Source: Promethearchaeia archaeon
Lineage (GTDB): Archaea > Asgardarchaeota > Lokiarchaeia > Sigyniarchaeales > SOKP01
Assembly (NCBI GenBank): GCA_046483985.1
Contig: JAWOCD010000090.1
Location: 58,294-122,293, forward strand
DNA: 64,000 bases
Direction: 5' to 3'
A program made the position numbers and the translations under genes. The notes beneath the pieces are model-generated. The model did not search any database. It was not told the origin of the DNA and saw nothing but the letters and a program-made list of their open reading frames with translations. Every line of letters starts with the position of its first letter. Positions within the stretch are counted from its first letter, which is position 1. Positions 30,491 through 39,303 of this stretch are shown here, in pieces.

Positions 30491-32116
30491 TTAAGGAGAT
30501 TTTTGTTGCTCTTCCATTTTCTCTAATCTCATCTGAATGGATTCAATTGCTTTAGTAGCATTAATGTGGACAAGCCGATGAAAGTCCTTCTGTTGTCTTT
30601 TTAAAGTATCCAAGACGAGTTTATCGCCGAATTTCCCGAGAAAGTTAATGATACTCATTTTTACCTTAAAACATTCTTTAGGATTTACATCTAAATAATC
30701 GGCAAGTAATTGTTTGGCTCTGAGAAAGGTTCTTTTATCTCCCTCATCGAGATTTAAATTAAGGCTTTCTTCCCAGTTTTGTTTAAAAATATTATAAATC
30801 GCATCCACTGCGACCTTTTTCAATAACCAATAAGTAGATTTACCTTGAATTATCTGAATAAGGGGCTCTATGGTGTTTTTACTGCCAATTTTACCCAAAG
30901 CGATAATTGCATTTTTTCTGACTTCTAAATTCCGTTCTTTAATTAATTTTAGGAGAGGGTTGATAAATTGTTTCTTGCCTATCTCACCCATCAAATAGGC
31001 AACGCTTTCTTCTAATAAATAATTCCGAGAATTAATGACTTCATGAAAATATGCAAAAGAAGCATCAGAACAATTAAGATATATCTTTTTTACAGCATCC
31101 AAAATATTCCATTTGAAATCTAAATCAATATATTCATAGGTTTCGTCTTCGATGTTAAGCGCATTCAACAGCCGGGGAACACAAGACTCATCGCCTATTT
31201 TTCCTAATACCCTAATCGCCTCTCGACTAACCTCATTGTAGAGATCATCTATAAGGAAAAAGAGTTCTCTGATAATATCTTCATCTTTTATTTTAAGCTT
31301 TCCGATTAAATTGATTGCATTTTTTTTAACCAGAAATTCTCCGTCTTTTAAAATACCCACCAGTTCCTCCTTCAAATCTTCCTCAAAAGTATCAAACACT
31401 AAGAGACATTTATCGTTAAACTCCACATCTTTCTTTTCTAAACAGGTACCGATAAATTTACATAATTCATCTCGCTTGGATAAGAGTTCGGATAAAACTT
31501 CCGAATCTTCTAATACTTGTTCATTTTCATCCTTTAATGTAGGGGGGAGATCAGCCAATAGGGAGCCGATTAGTTCAATGATCGAAATTTTATGGTCCGA
31601 GCTAAAAGATTTATCTCGGATAGAATTCAGTAAAAAGGCAATACATTTTTGTGGATTCAAATCCAAAATACAATTTTTAATAAATTCTTGTATGGCTTTT
31701 GATTTGAATTGTAATTGTTGGATCAGTAATTCCAGTTCCTCTTCCTTCGGATGGATTTTTAATACAGCCTTTAAAGCATCTAACCTGACTTCCAGGTCAA
31801 TTTCCCCATTTTCCAATATCCATTTTAGCGGTTCTAAGGCTTTCTCAGTTTTGAGATTTCCCAATGATTTTGCTGCTTCACGTTTTACATCTTGATTTTT
31901 TTCGGTAATTACTATATCTTCTAAAACATCAAAGCATCTATTTTTTAGTTGGTCTGAGTTGCTGGATAGAAGTCCCAAATATTTAACTGACTTCCTCCTT
32001 AAACTAATATCCCGCTCTTTATCGATAATCTCAACTAATAAATAAACTGTATTATCTAAACCCAGTTTATCTCGTTTTTTATAAATCTCTTCGGGCAATA
32101 ATTTAGTTTTTATCAT
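30491..32116 (-). CDS. HEAT/PBS-lyase repeat protein
   Basis: Repeated VKREAAKSLGNL, VKKNAINLIGKL, VSREAIRVLGKIG, VRKNAIIALGKIG. Confidence 0.9.
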   Translation of the reverse strand: MIKTKLLPEEIYKKRDKLGLDNTVYLLVEIIDKERDISLRRKSVKYLGLLSSNSDQLKNRCFDVLEDIVITEKNQDVKREAAKSLGNLKTEKALEPLKWILENGEIDLEVRLDALKAVLKIHPKEEELELLIQQLQFKSKAIQEFIKNCILDLNPQKCIAFLLNSIRDKSFSSDHKISIIELIGSLLADLPPTLKDENEQVLEDSEVLSELLSKRDELCKFIGTCLEKKDVEFNDKCLLVFDTFEEDLKEELVGILKDGEFLVKKNAINLIGKLKIKDEDIIRELFFLIDDLYNEVSREAIRVLGKIGDESCVPRLLNALNIEDETYEYIDLDFKWNILDAVKKIYLNCSDASFAYFHEVINSRNYLLEESVAYLMGEIGKKQFINPLLKLIKERNLEVRKNAIIALGKIGSKNTIEPLIQIIQGKSTYWLLKKVAVDAIYNIFKQNWEESLNLNLDEGDKRTFLRAKQLLADYLDVNPKECFKVKMSIINFLGKFGDKLVLDTLKRQQKDFHRLVHINATKAIESIQMRLEKMEEQQKSP

Positions 32117-32180
32117 GAAAGGCGGGGTATTTTTTTCTATTCAATTTTTTTTAGTTTAAACTCATTAGACTATTAACAAA

Positions 32181-32650
32181 TAAGATCAATTAGTCTTAAA
32201 AATATTATCAAAAACCCAAAAAATCAAATGAGAGATGATCAAGATCACCAATAAATGAAGATTCTATTTGTATTTTTATCAGAAAGATTATTAATAATGA
32301 TATACATGATTAAAATTTGGAGAAATCAAAAAATTAGAGTAAATGCATTACGATGAGGGGTATGCCAAAAAGACGAATCTTCCGAACTGTATCGCGCACG
32401 GAATGTTAATGATGTCCATGGTAGGTGTTTACATTGAGGAATGGGGAGGCTCAAGAAATGGTGAGAATCTCGGTCAAATCTCGGTCAAATCGGAAACTCA
32501 AGAGGGGCGCCTCACTACTCAAGGAACCGCTTTACTTTCTATTTAATTTTTCTTAAATTATTCTTCTTCTATTTTAGAAATAAGATCAATTTATCCTAAC
32601 AAAATTATCAAAAAGTAAAAAAGTTAAGCGAAAGTTGATCAATATCCTCC
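32181..32650 (+). repeat. Imperfect 70-bp direct repeat pair (32181-32250 and 32581-32650)
   Basis: Ungapped hand alignment gives 52/70 identities, 400 bp apart; shared blocks TAAGATCAAT, ATTATCAAAAA and TGATCAA. Confidence 0.7.
32343..32546 (+). pseudogene. MaoC-like dehydratase remnant
   Basis: HYDEGYAK...IAHGML hydratase motif without the N-terminus; the middle is missing at an 11-bp tandem duplication AATCTCGGTCA x2 (32466-32487). Confidence 0.7.
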
Positions 32651-32882
32651 ATATTTCTTTTTTTATATAAAGGTTAAAACTATGCTACTTTTTTCGATAA
32701 ATAATAATAAATATATATAGGAAACACATAAATATCTTAATATGTAATAATAGAATCTCAAAAAATTAAGGATTCTGATACCTACTTTAGTTAAAATATC
32801 TGAACTCCTTAAACAAAATTAAAAAAATATGGAAAAAGCGATATTTATAAATCTATTAAAAGAGGTGGATGTGTTAAAAAAA

Positions 32883-34820
32883 ATGCAAAATGTAACAAAT
32901 CATCGGATTGGAGTCTACTGTTGTCAATGAGGAATAAACATTAAAGGCAAAATTGACACCGCAGAATTAGCAGAATATGGGAAATCTTTTGATGAAGTCG
33001 TTATATCCAAGACGCACCCGTTCTTATGCACTGAAAGCGGTCAAAACGAAATAATAGAAGATATTGAGGAGAAAAATCTCACCGCAATTGTTGCAACGGC
33101 TTGAACCCCACGAACCCATGAACCAATTTACAGAGACACAATTTCAAAAACGAATATTAGTCCTTATCATTTTGAATTGGTTAATGTCCGAGAACATTGT
33201 AGTTGGGTCACAGAATCAAGGGAAGAAGCGATGGAAAAGGCAAAAGGATTATTACGAGGCGGTATCGAACGCGTCAAACTTCTAGACATTGTGCCCATAA
33301 GAACGGTGCCTATTGAAAGATCCACATTGGTGGTGGGTGGTGGAATTGCCGGAATGAATGCTGCCTTAGATCTTGCAAATCAAGGAATCAAAGTCTATCT
33401 GGTGGAAAGAAAAACAACAATTGGGGGCCGTATGGCTCAGCTGGACCGCACATTTCCCACGGATGATTGCAGTATCTGAATTTGCGGGCCGAAAATGTTG
33501 GAAGTCAACAGGCATGAAAACATCGAAATTATAAGTTATGCAGAAGTTAAGGAAGTAAGCGGATATGTGGGTAATTACGAAGTTACCGTTGAAAAAAAGC
33601 CGAGATATGTGACAGACGATTGTAATGGATGCGGAGCTTGTGCAGATGTCTGTCCCATCTACACGGAAAACTATTTTGATGAACATTTAGGAGTACGCAA
33701 AACCATTGATATTGCCTTCGGGCAAGCTGTTCCTTTTCTCTATGATATTCATCGGGACTCATGTGTTGAATGTTTTAGTTGTGTGGATGAATGCGAACTG
33801 GATGCGATAGATTTCTCCCAAAAAGCTGAGGATATCCACATAAAGGTGGGATCAATTATTATTGCGACGGGATGGGACATCTATGAACCTTATGGCGAAT
33901 ATGGTTATGGCGAATATGAAAATGTGGTTCATCAAGCCCAATTAGAACGAATGTTAGCCCCAAACGGACCACTAGGAGGTCATGTACATCGGGTTTCGGA
34001 CGAGAAGACGTTGGAGGAAATTGTGTTTATTCAATGTGTGGGAAGTCGGCAAAAAGGAAGGACCTATTGTAGCGGAATCTGTTGCATGTTGGCATTAAAG
34101 AATGCAAAATTACTAAAAGAAGAATTTCCTGAGGCAAATATCACTATTTGCTATATTGATGTGAGAACAAATGAGAAGGGTTTTGAAGAATACTATCAGC
34201 GTGCAAAAGAATCGGGTATTCGTATGATAAGAGGAAAAGTGGGAGATATAAAAGAGGATCCGGAAACAAAGTGCGTAGATATTAGAGTGTACTCATCTTT
34301 AACAGACGAGATCATCCATATTGATGCAGATTTGCTCATTCTTTCTTCGGCCGTCTTACCTTCTAATGGCACCGAACAAATTGCTTCAGTATTAAATTTG
34401 GATGTCGATACGAACGGATTTTTAACCGAATCGCACTTTGGTTTAATGCCCCAAGAAACTAAAACAAAAGGGATATTTATTGCAGGGTTTGCTCAAGGCC
34501 CAAAAAATATTGCTTATTCGGTTTCCCAAGCACGAGCTGCTGCAAGTAAAGTGGCTGAATTAACGTCTCCAGGAGAAATTGATTTAGAACTTATTATCGC
34601 AGAAATAGATGAGGAACATTGTATTGGGTGTGGCAGATGCGAGCGGGAATGCCCGAATAGTGCAATCAGTATTGAGGTTGATAGCGCAATAGTTGATGAA
34701 ATAAACTGTGAGGGGTGCGGTATCTGTGCTACATGTTGTCCAACTGAAGCTATTGATATTCGCTACTTTAGAGATGAGCAATTATATGCGCAAATTGAAG
34801 GAATAATTGGAGGGGTTTAA
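32883..34820 (+). CDS. hdrA: Heterodisulfide reductase subunit A, selenoprotein with three in-frame UGA (Sec) codons, ~645 aa
   Basis: One frame from ATG 32883 (alternative in-frame GTG 32871 after GAGGTG) to TAA 34820, with TGA at 32928 (YCCQ-U-GINI), 33102 (ATA-U-TPRTHE) and 33477 (DDCSI-U-ICGPK). Each matches Cys in the paralogue at 39303 (ICHCGINI, VASCSPRTHE, LDCSLCILAPK). Confidence 0.95.
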
Positions 34821-34824
34821 AACT

Positions 34825-35280
34825 ATGGACAATAATTACCAAATATTGTGTTTTGCTTGCTTGAAATGAGGTTATTCAGCTGCAGATTTAGCAGGCGTAT
34901 CCAGAATGAAATATCCCTCTGCCGTGAAGATAGTGAAGGTTCTCTGTACAGGAAGAGTGGATGCGAAATATATACTTTATGCGATCAAAGCTGGTGCCGA
35001 CGGTGTAATGGTGGTGGGATGAAGACCTCACGAGTGCCAATTTAAAAAAGGGAACTTCACAGCCCAAAAACACGTGGATTTTGTTAACCGTATTCTGGAA
35101 AGAAGAGGATTTGGAAGCCATAGGGTTAATATGTACTGGCTGAGCTCTGCGGAAGCTGAGAAGCTGGTTCAAAGCGTTGAGGATGCTTACGAAAAAGTGA
35201 AAATGGCTGGTATCAATCCGATAAAAGCTAAAAAACGGAATCAAGAAAAAGAAAAAGAAACGGCTCCCTTTGTAGGATGA
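34825..35280 (+). CDS. mvhD: MvhD/VhuD [2Fe-2S] subunit, selenoprotein with two in-frame UGA codons, 151 aa
   Basis: MDNNYQILCFACLK-U-GYSAADLAG (TGA 34867), CTGRVD, GADGVMVVG-U-RPHEC (TGA 35020); the paralogue at 42409 has CCNWCSY and ITGCHIGDC. Confidence 0.95.
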
Positions 35281-35334
35281 AGCTTATAAAAAAATAGTAG
35301 TTATAAGCGGACCAACCTTGCAATGGGTGGGAGT
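35263..35334 (+). promoter_or_regulatory. Eukaryote-like SECIS element
   Basis: ATGAA (35277-35281) / GGAC (35309-35312) core; perfect 8-bp helix GCTTATAA/TTATAAGC; A-rich loop AAAAATAGTAG; lower helices TTGTAGG/CCTTGCAA and CTCCC/GGGAG; directly 3' of two UGA-containing genes. Confidence 0.9.
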
Positions 35335-35394
35335 GTAAAAATTTACATTTAAAATAATGGATTTATCAAGACAAAGGAAATAAGGAAAAGATAT

Positions 35395-36894
35395 ATGGTT
35401 CAAAAAATAGAAAAAGACGTATTTTCGGATTTTTCTTCAAAAGAATTAATGGATGCAACTTATTGGGCTGCCCAAAACTTCCAAATTAGGGGTTTTTATG
35501 AAGCAAAGGAAGACATTCTTAAATGCGGCAAGTTTTCTGAAGAGCAATTCTTTGAGATTTTTGATACAATGGTTGATGCCGAAACTGAGCGGAAGATCAT
35601 CTTGGCACGATTGCGGAAATTTAATGATTTACTTTCTCTGAACCAGATTGTTGATCGGTTTCCGGAATTTCCACGGGAACAAGTGATTCGCAATGTGATC
35701 TATCTAAAAGAACAAGGATTTATAGAAGAGATTGAAGAAATCAAAACCAAAAAGATTATGAAAAAAGTAAAAGGTGAGGAGAAGGAAATAGAGTCAAAGC
35801 AATACTTCTATAAATATCAACCAAAAAGTCTTTCCGACGATCATTACGAGCATTACTTTACCCCCGTTTCACTGATATATGAAGCCGGCGTCTGCTCTAA
35901 TTGTGGCTGGTGTTCTTCTATTTGTCCGGTCGATGCCGTTAAGATGGATCCTGAGACTCTAGAGATAGATGATGATTTATGCATTAAATGCGGCTTGTGT
36001 TATTCAGTCTGTCCCCGATCCTTTTCTATCGACCGAGTGTATGAGAATATAGCACATTTGGATTCAGCCATCACATTTTCGGAAAAAGTCGGAGCCTATT
36101 TAAATATGTATTCTGGAACCACATCTAAAAAGCAAATTAAAGAGGTTCGACAGGACGGCGGGATTGTTACCTCGCTATTTGCATATTTATTGGAGGAAGA
36201 CTTAGTAGATGCCATTATTGCGGTTCAGCACTCAAATGATCCTTGGCGACCCGAACCCGTTATCGTGGAGACTATCTCAAATCTCTATAAAACAGCAGGC
36301 ACGAAATATGCAAACGCGCCAGTATTAAGCATTATTGATGCAGCTCAAGAGTATGAAAGGATTGCTATAGTGGGTGTTCCGTGTATGGTAAAAGCTCTCT
36401 ATAAAGGTGCGCTTTACCCCATGGGATCACCCTTTTTTAAGAACATAAAATATATCATCGGGCTCTTTTGTATGGAATCCTTTTCCTATGCAGCGATTGT
36501 TGATTTAATACAAGAAAAATTCGACCAAGACATCAGCCAACTGACGAAGATGAATATCGATAAGGGAAAATTCATAATAAATTTACAATCTGGAGAGCAA
36601 ATGACAGTTCCCTTAAAAGAAATCAATTCTTATGCACGGGACCAATGTCATTTCTGCGAGGATCTTACTTCCGAATACGCCGACATCTCAGTAGGCTCAA
36701 TCGGATCTCCGGGGGGAAGATCGACGGTAATTACCAGAACCGAGAATGGAGAAGACATCTATCAAGGTGCCATAAGCAAGGGATACATTGATTCAAAACC
36801 AATAGATAAGGTTAAACCTGGTCAATTTCTTGTAGAAAAAATCGCGGGTATAAAACGAAAGAAATGTAAAACGATTAATTTAACAAAAAACTAG
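35395..36894 (+). CDS. FrhB/FdhB-family protein with an N-terminal helical/winged-helix extension
   Basis: CSNCGWCSSICP, CIKCGLCYSVCP, QDGGIVT, AGTKY, VGVPC, IGLFCME, ADISVGSIG. Confidence 0.9.
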   Translation: MVQKIEKDVFSDFSSKELMDATYWAAQNFQIRGFYEAKEDILKCGKFSEEQFFEIFDTMVDAETERKIILARLRKFNDLLSLNQIVDRFPEFPREQVIRNVIYLKEQGFIEEIEEIKTKKIMKKVKGEEKEIESKQYFYKYQPKSLSDDHYEHYFTPVSLIYEAGVCSNCGWCSSICPVDAVKMDPETLEIDDDLCIKCGLCYSVCPRSFSIDRVYENIAHLDSAITFSEKVGAYLNMYSGTTSKKQIKEVRQDGGIVTSLFAYLLEEDLVDAIIAVQHSNDPWRPEPVIVETISNLYKTAGTKYANAPVLSIIDAAQEYERIAIVGVPCMVKALYKGALYPMGSPFFKNIKYIIGLFCMESFSYAAIVDLIQEKFDQDISQLTKMNIDKGKFIINLQSGEQMTVPLKEINSYARDQCHFCEDLTSEYADISVGSIGSPGGRSTVITRTENGEDIYQGAISKGYIDSKPIDKVKPGQFLVEKIAGIKRKKCKTINLTKN

Positions 36895-36902
36895 AAAGGG
36901 TT

Positions 36903-38030
36903 TTGAATATGGTTAAAACTTTTGAGGATCTAATCCATGAGGTTCATGAAAAAAATATTTGTCAACAATGTGGAGGCTGTGTAAGTTTCTGCAGCTCGGC
37001 AGAATTTGATGTTATCGGTTTCAAAGACCCATTTGAGCCCCCAGAATATATAAATGAAGATCAATGCCTTGAATGCGGGATATGTTATTATATCTGCCCT
37101 CAAACCCACGTATTGGATTCCGAATTAAATCAAGCATTTAATTTCTCTGGCTATGATTCCATGCTAATCGGTTCCTATAAAGATGTATATTCATGTCAAG
37201 CAACAGATAAAAAATTCCTTAGTCATGGAACAGATGGGGGGGTGGTAAATTCCGTCATAAATTACTTGATTGAAAAGAAGAATATAGATGGAGCTATTGT
37301 TTCCAAAACAAAATCTCCGTTTTCACGAGAAGCAACTTTTGCCTCTTCTAAAGAAACCTTACTTAATGCCTCGGGTGCTCAATTTAACATTTCTCCTCAT
37401 TTAAATGAGATTCAAAAATTCAGTACATATCCTCATACTATTCCCGAATTAAACCATTATAAGTTTAAAAAATTAGCAGTGGTAGGCACACCGTGCCAGT
37501 TATATACCATTAGATGTATGCAAGAATTAGGCGTAACCCCTTCAGAAAATATTGGAATCTGTTTGGGGTTATTTTGTTACGAAAATTTTTGTTTTGATAA
37601 GTCCCAGATTGAAAAATTTGAGAGAGATTTCAATATCGAGTATGAGGATATTGAAAAAATTAATATCAAGAAAGATGTTGTGTTTAAACTTAAAGATGAG
37701 GGACAAGGAGGAAAAACTATCCATATCCCTTTTAATCATCTTAAGGATTATATGAGAGATGCATGTAAAGCATGTAATGACTTCCCTAATATTTATTCCG
37801 ATATTTCCTTTGGAGGATTGGGCTCTCCTGAGAAATATACCACAGTAATTCCGAGAACTGATATAGGGATGGAATTATTTCAAGAAGTCCTCAATGCGGG
37901 AATTATCGAATGTAGAAATGTCGACCAATCCGTTAAGGAAAAAATGCTCAGTACGATATCCCAATTTTCTAAGAAAAAAATTCAACGTAAGTCAGAATTT
38001 ATGAAAACTATTAAATCAGATGGTGAATAA
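36903..38030 (+). CDS. FrhB/FdhB-family protein
   Basis: CQQCGGCVSFC, CLECGICYYICP, TDGGVV, VGTPCQ, LGLFCYE, SDISFGGLG. Confidence 0.9.
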   Translation: MNMVKTFEDLIHEVHEKNICQQCGGCVSFCSSAEFDVIGFKDPFEPPEYINEDQCLECGICYYICPQTHVLDSELNQAFNFSGYDSMLIGSYKDVYSCQATDKKFLSHGTDGGVVNSVINYLIEKKNIDGAIVSKTKSPFSREATFASSKETLLNASGAQFNISPHLNEIQKFSTYPHTIPELNHYKFKKLAVVGTPCQLYTIRCMQELGVTPSENIGICLGLFCYENFCFDKSQIEKFERDFNIEYEDIEKINIKKDVVFKLKDEGQGGKTIHIPFNHLKDYMRDACKACNDFPNIYSDISFGGLGSPEKYTTVIPRTDIGMELFQEVLNAGIIECRNVDQSVKEKMLSTISQFSKKKIQRKSEFMKTIKSDGE

Positions 38031-39303
38031 CATAACGCAAACAGAACAAAAAGCAGAAAAAACACTCCAATTATCAGAAACTAACAGCACTTTGAGCAAA
38101 ATTTATCAACCGGATTTAAAAGATTTATTATATGCATGCTATCAATGTGCACGATGCACGGGTGTTTGTCAGCTAAGCAAGGTTCAAGACTTTAAACCAA
38201 GTCGGATTATTCAAAAAATACTTGAAGGCTTTGAAGAAAAGGTATTAGAAAGTGGAGTATTATGGAATTGTCTTATGTGTAATTCATGCTTGCAAGATTG
38301 TCCGGAAGAAATTAATTTTGCGGATATCGTTCGAATGGCGAAATATAAAATGGTGAATGAGTATACTCACAAACCAGAACAATATACCGCACATAAAGGA
38401 ATTTATCCTATGATTTCCGAGATTATGAGTAATGAATCTATTGAACCTAAGAGAAATCTTAATTGGATTCCGGATTCTTGCTCTATTGCTGAAAAAGGGA
38501 ATATCTTATATCATGTCGGATGCCTTCCCTATTTTAAATTTGAGTTTGAAGGAATGGATTCCATCGGAATAAGTACAATTAAACTACTTTCAAAAATCGA
38601 AAAAGAACCAATCGTTGTGTTAGAAAATGAAAATTGTTGCGGCCATGATTTATACTGGGGGCAAGGAAACTTTAAGGCATTTATCAAATTGGCAAGAAAG
38701 AATATTGAAAATTTTGAGAAAGCCGGGATATCCACTATTATTACCACATGCGCCGAAGGATATAGAACGTTTAAAGTAGACTACCCAATGATGTTCGAGG
38801 ATTTTAATGAAAACTACAAGGTAATGCACATTATTGAATATTTATATGATAATTGGAAGAAGGGAAAAATCGAATTCCGAACTCCCGAAGATATGAACGA
38901 AAAGGTTAGTTTTAGCTTTCATGATCCTTGCAGAATAAGTCGATTTTTGCCTAAGACAAATAAAATTATGGATAAAGTGCGGGAGATATTCTCTTCTTTA
39001 AGTTCTTCAAACTATGACTTTAGGGAAATGGAACATCATAAGGAAAATGCGCTGTGCTGCGGTGTCAGTTCCTGGATGAATTGTAATGAACGCTCCAAAG
39101 CAATGCGATATAAACGTCTTTTAGAGGCAAAGGAAGTTGGAGAATGGATGATAACTACTTGTCCAAAATGCATAATGCATTTTAAATGCCTTCAAGAGGA
39201 TTTTGATGATGTTTCTTCTTTGAAGATCAAGGATTTTACGGAATTTATTTATTCTCTTGTCAAAGTTATTCCGAACGGAAAAGATAAGGAGGATGGGGAA
39301 TAA
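38020..39303 (+). CDS. HdrD/GlpC-like Fe-S oxidoreductase (HdrC-like ferredoxin plus two CCG domains)
   Basis: CYQCARCTGVC, CLMCNSCLQDCP, ENCCG, TTCAEG, FHDPC, LCCG, TTCPKC. Confidence 0.9.
   Translation: MVNNITQTEQKAEKTLQLSETNSTLSKIYQPDLKDLLYACYQCARCTGVCQLSKVQDFKPSRIIQKILEGFEEKVLESGVLWNCLMCNSCLQDCPEEINFADIVRMAKYKMVNEYTHKPEQYTAHKGIYPMISEIMSNESIEPKRNLNWIPDSCSIAEKGNILYHVGCLPYFKFEFEGMDSIGISTIKLLSKIEKEPIVVLENENCCGHDLYWGQGNFKAFIKLARKNIENFEKAGISTIITTCAEGYRTFKVDYPMMFEDFNENYKVMHIIEYLYDNWKKGKIEFRTPEDMNEKVSFSFHDPCRISRFLPKTNKIMDKVREIFSSLSSSNYDFREMEHHKENALCCGVSSWMNCNERSKAMRYKRLLEAKEVGEWMITTCPKCIMHFKCLQEDFDDVSSLKIKDFTEFIYSLVKVIPNGKDKEDGE

Noticed and set aside
34906-34936. Second SECIS candidate (ATGAAATATC…GATAGTGA) inside mvhD
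   Set aside because: Short, mismatched helix, no A-rich apical loop, and fully explained by coding sequence.
32883-35280. hdrA/mvhD as nonsense-mutated pseudogenes, or genome-wide UGA=Trp/Gly reassignment
   Set aside because: All five internal stops are TGA at Cys-homologous positions with no frameshifts and a SECIS follows; other genes in the window end normally at TGA.
33064-35280. ORF-track pieces 33064..33285, 33177..33479, 33495..34820, 34848..35045 and 35074..35280 as separate genes
   Set aside because: They are fragments or off-frame shadows of the two selenoprotein genes.
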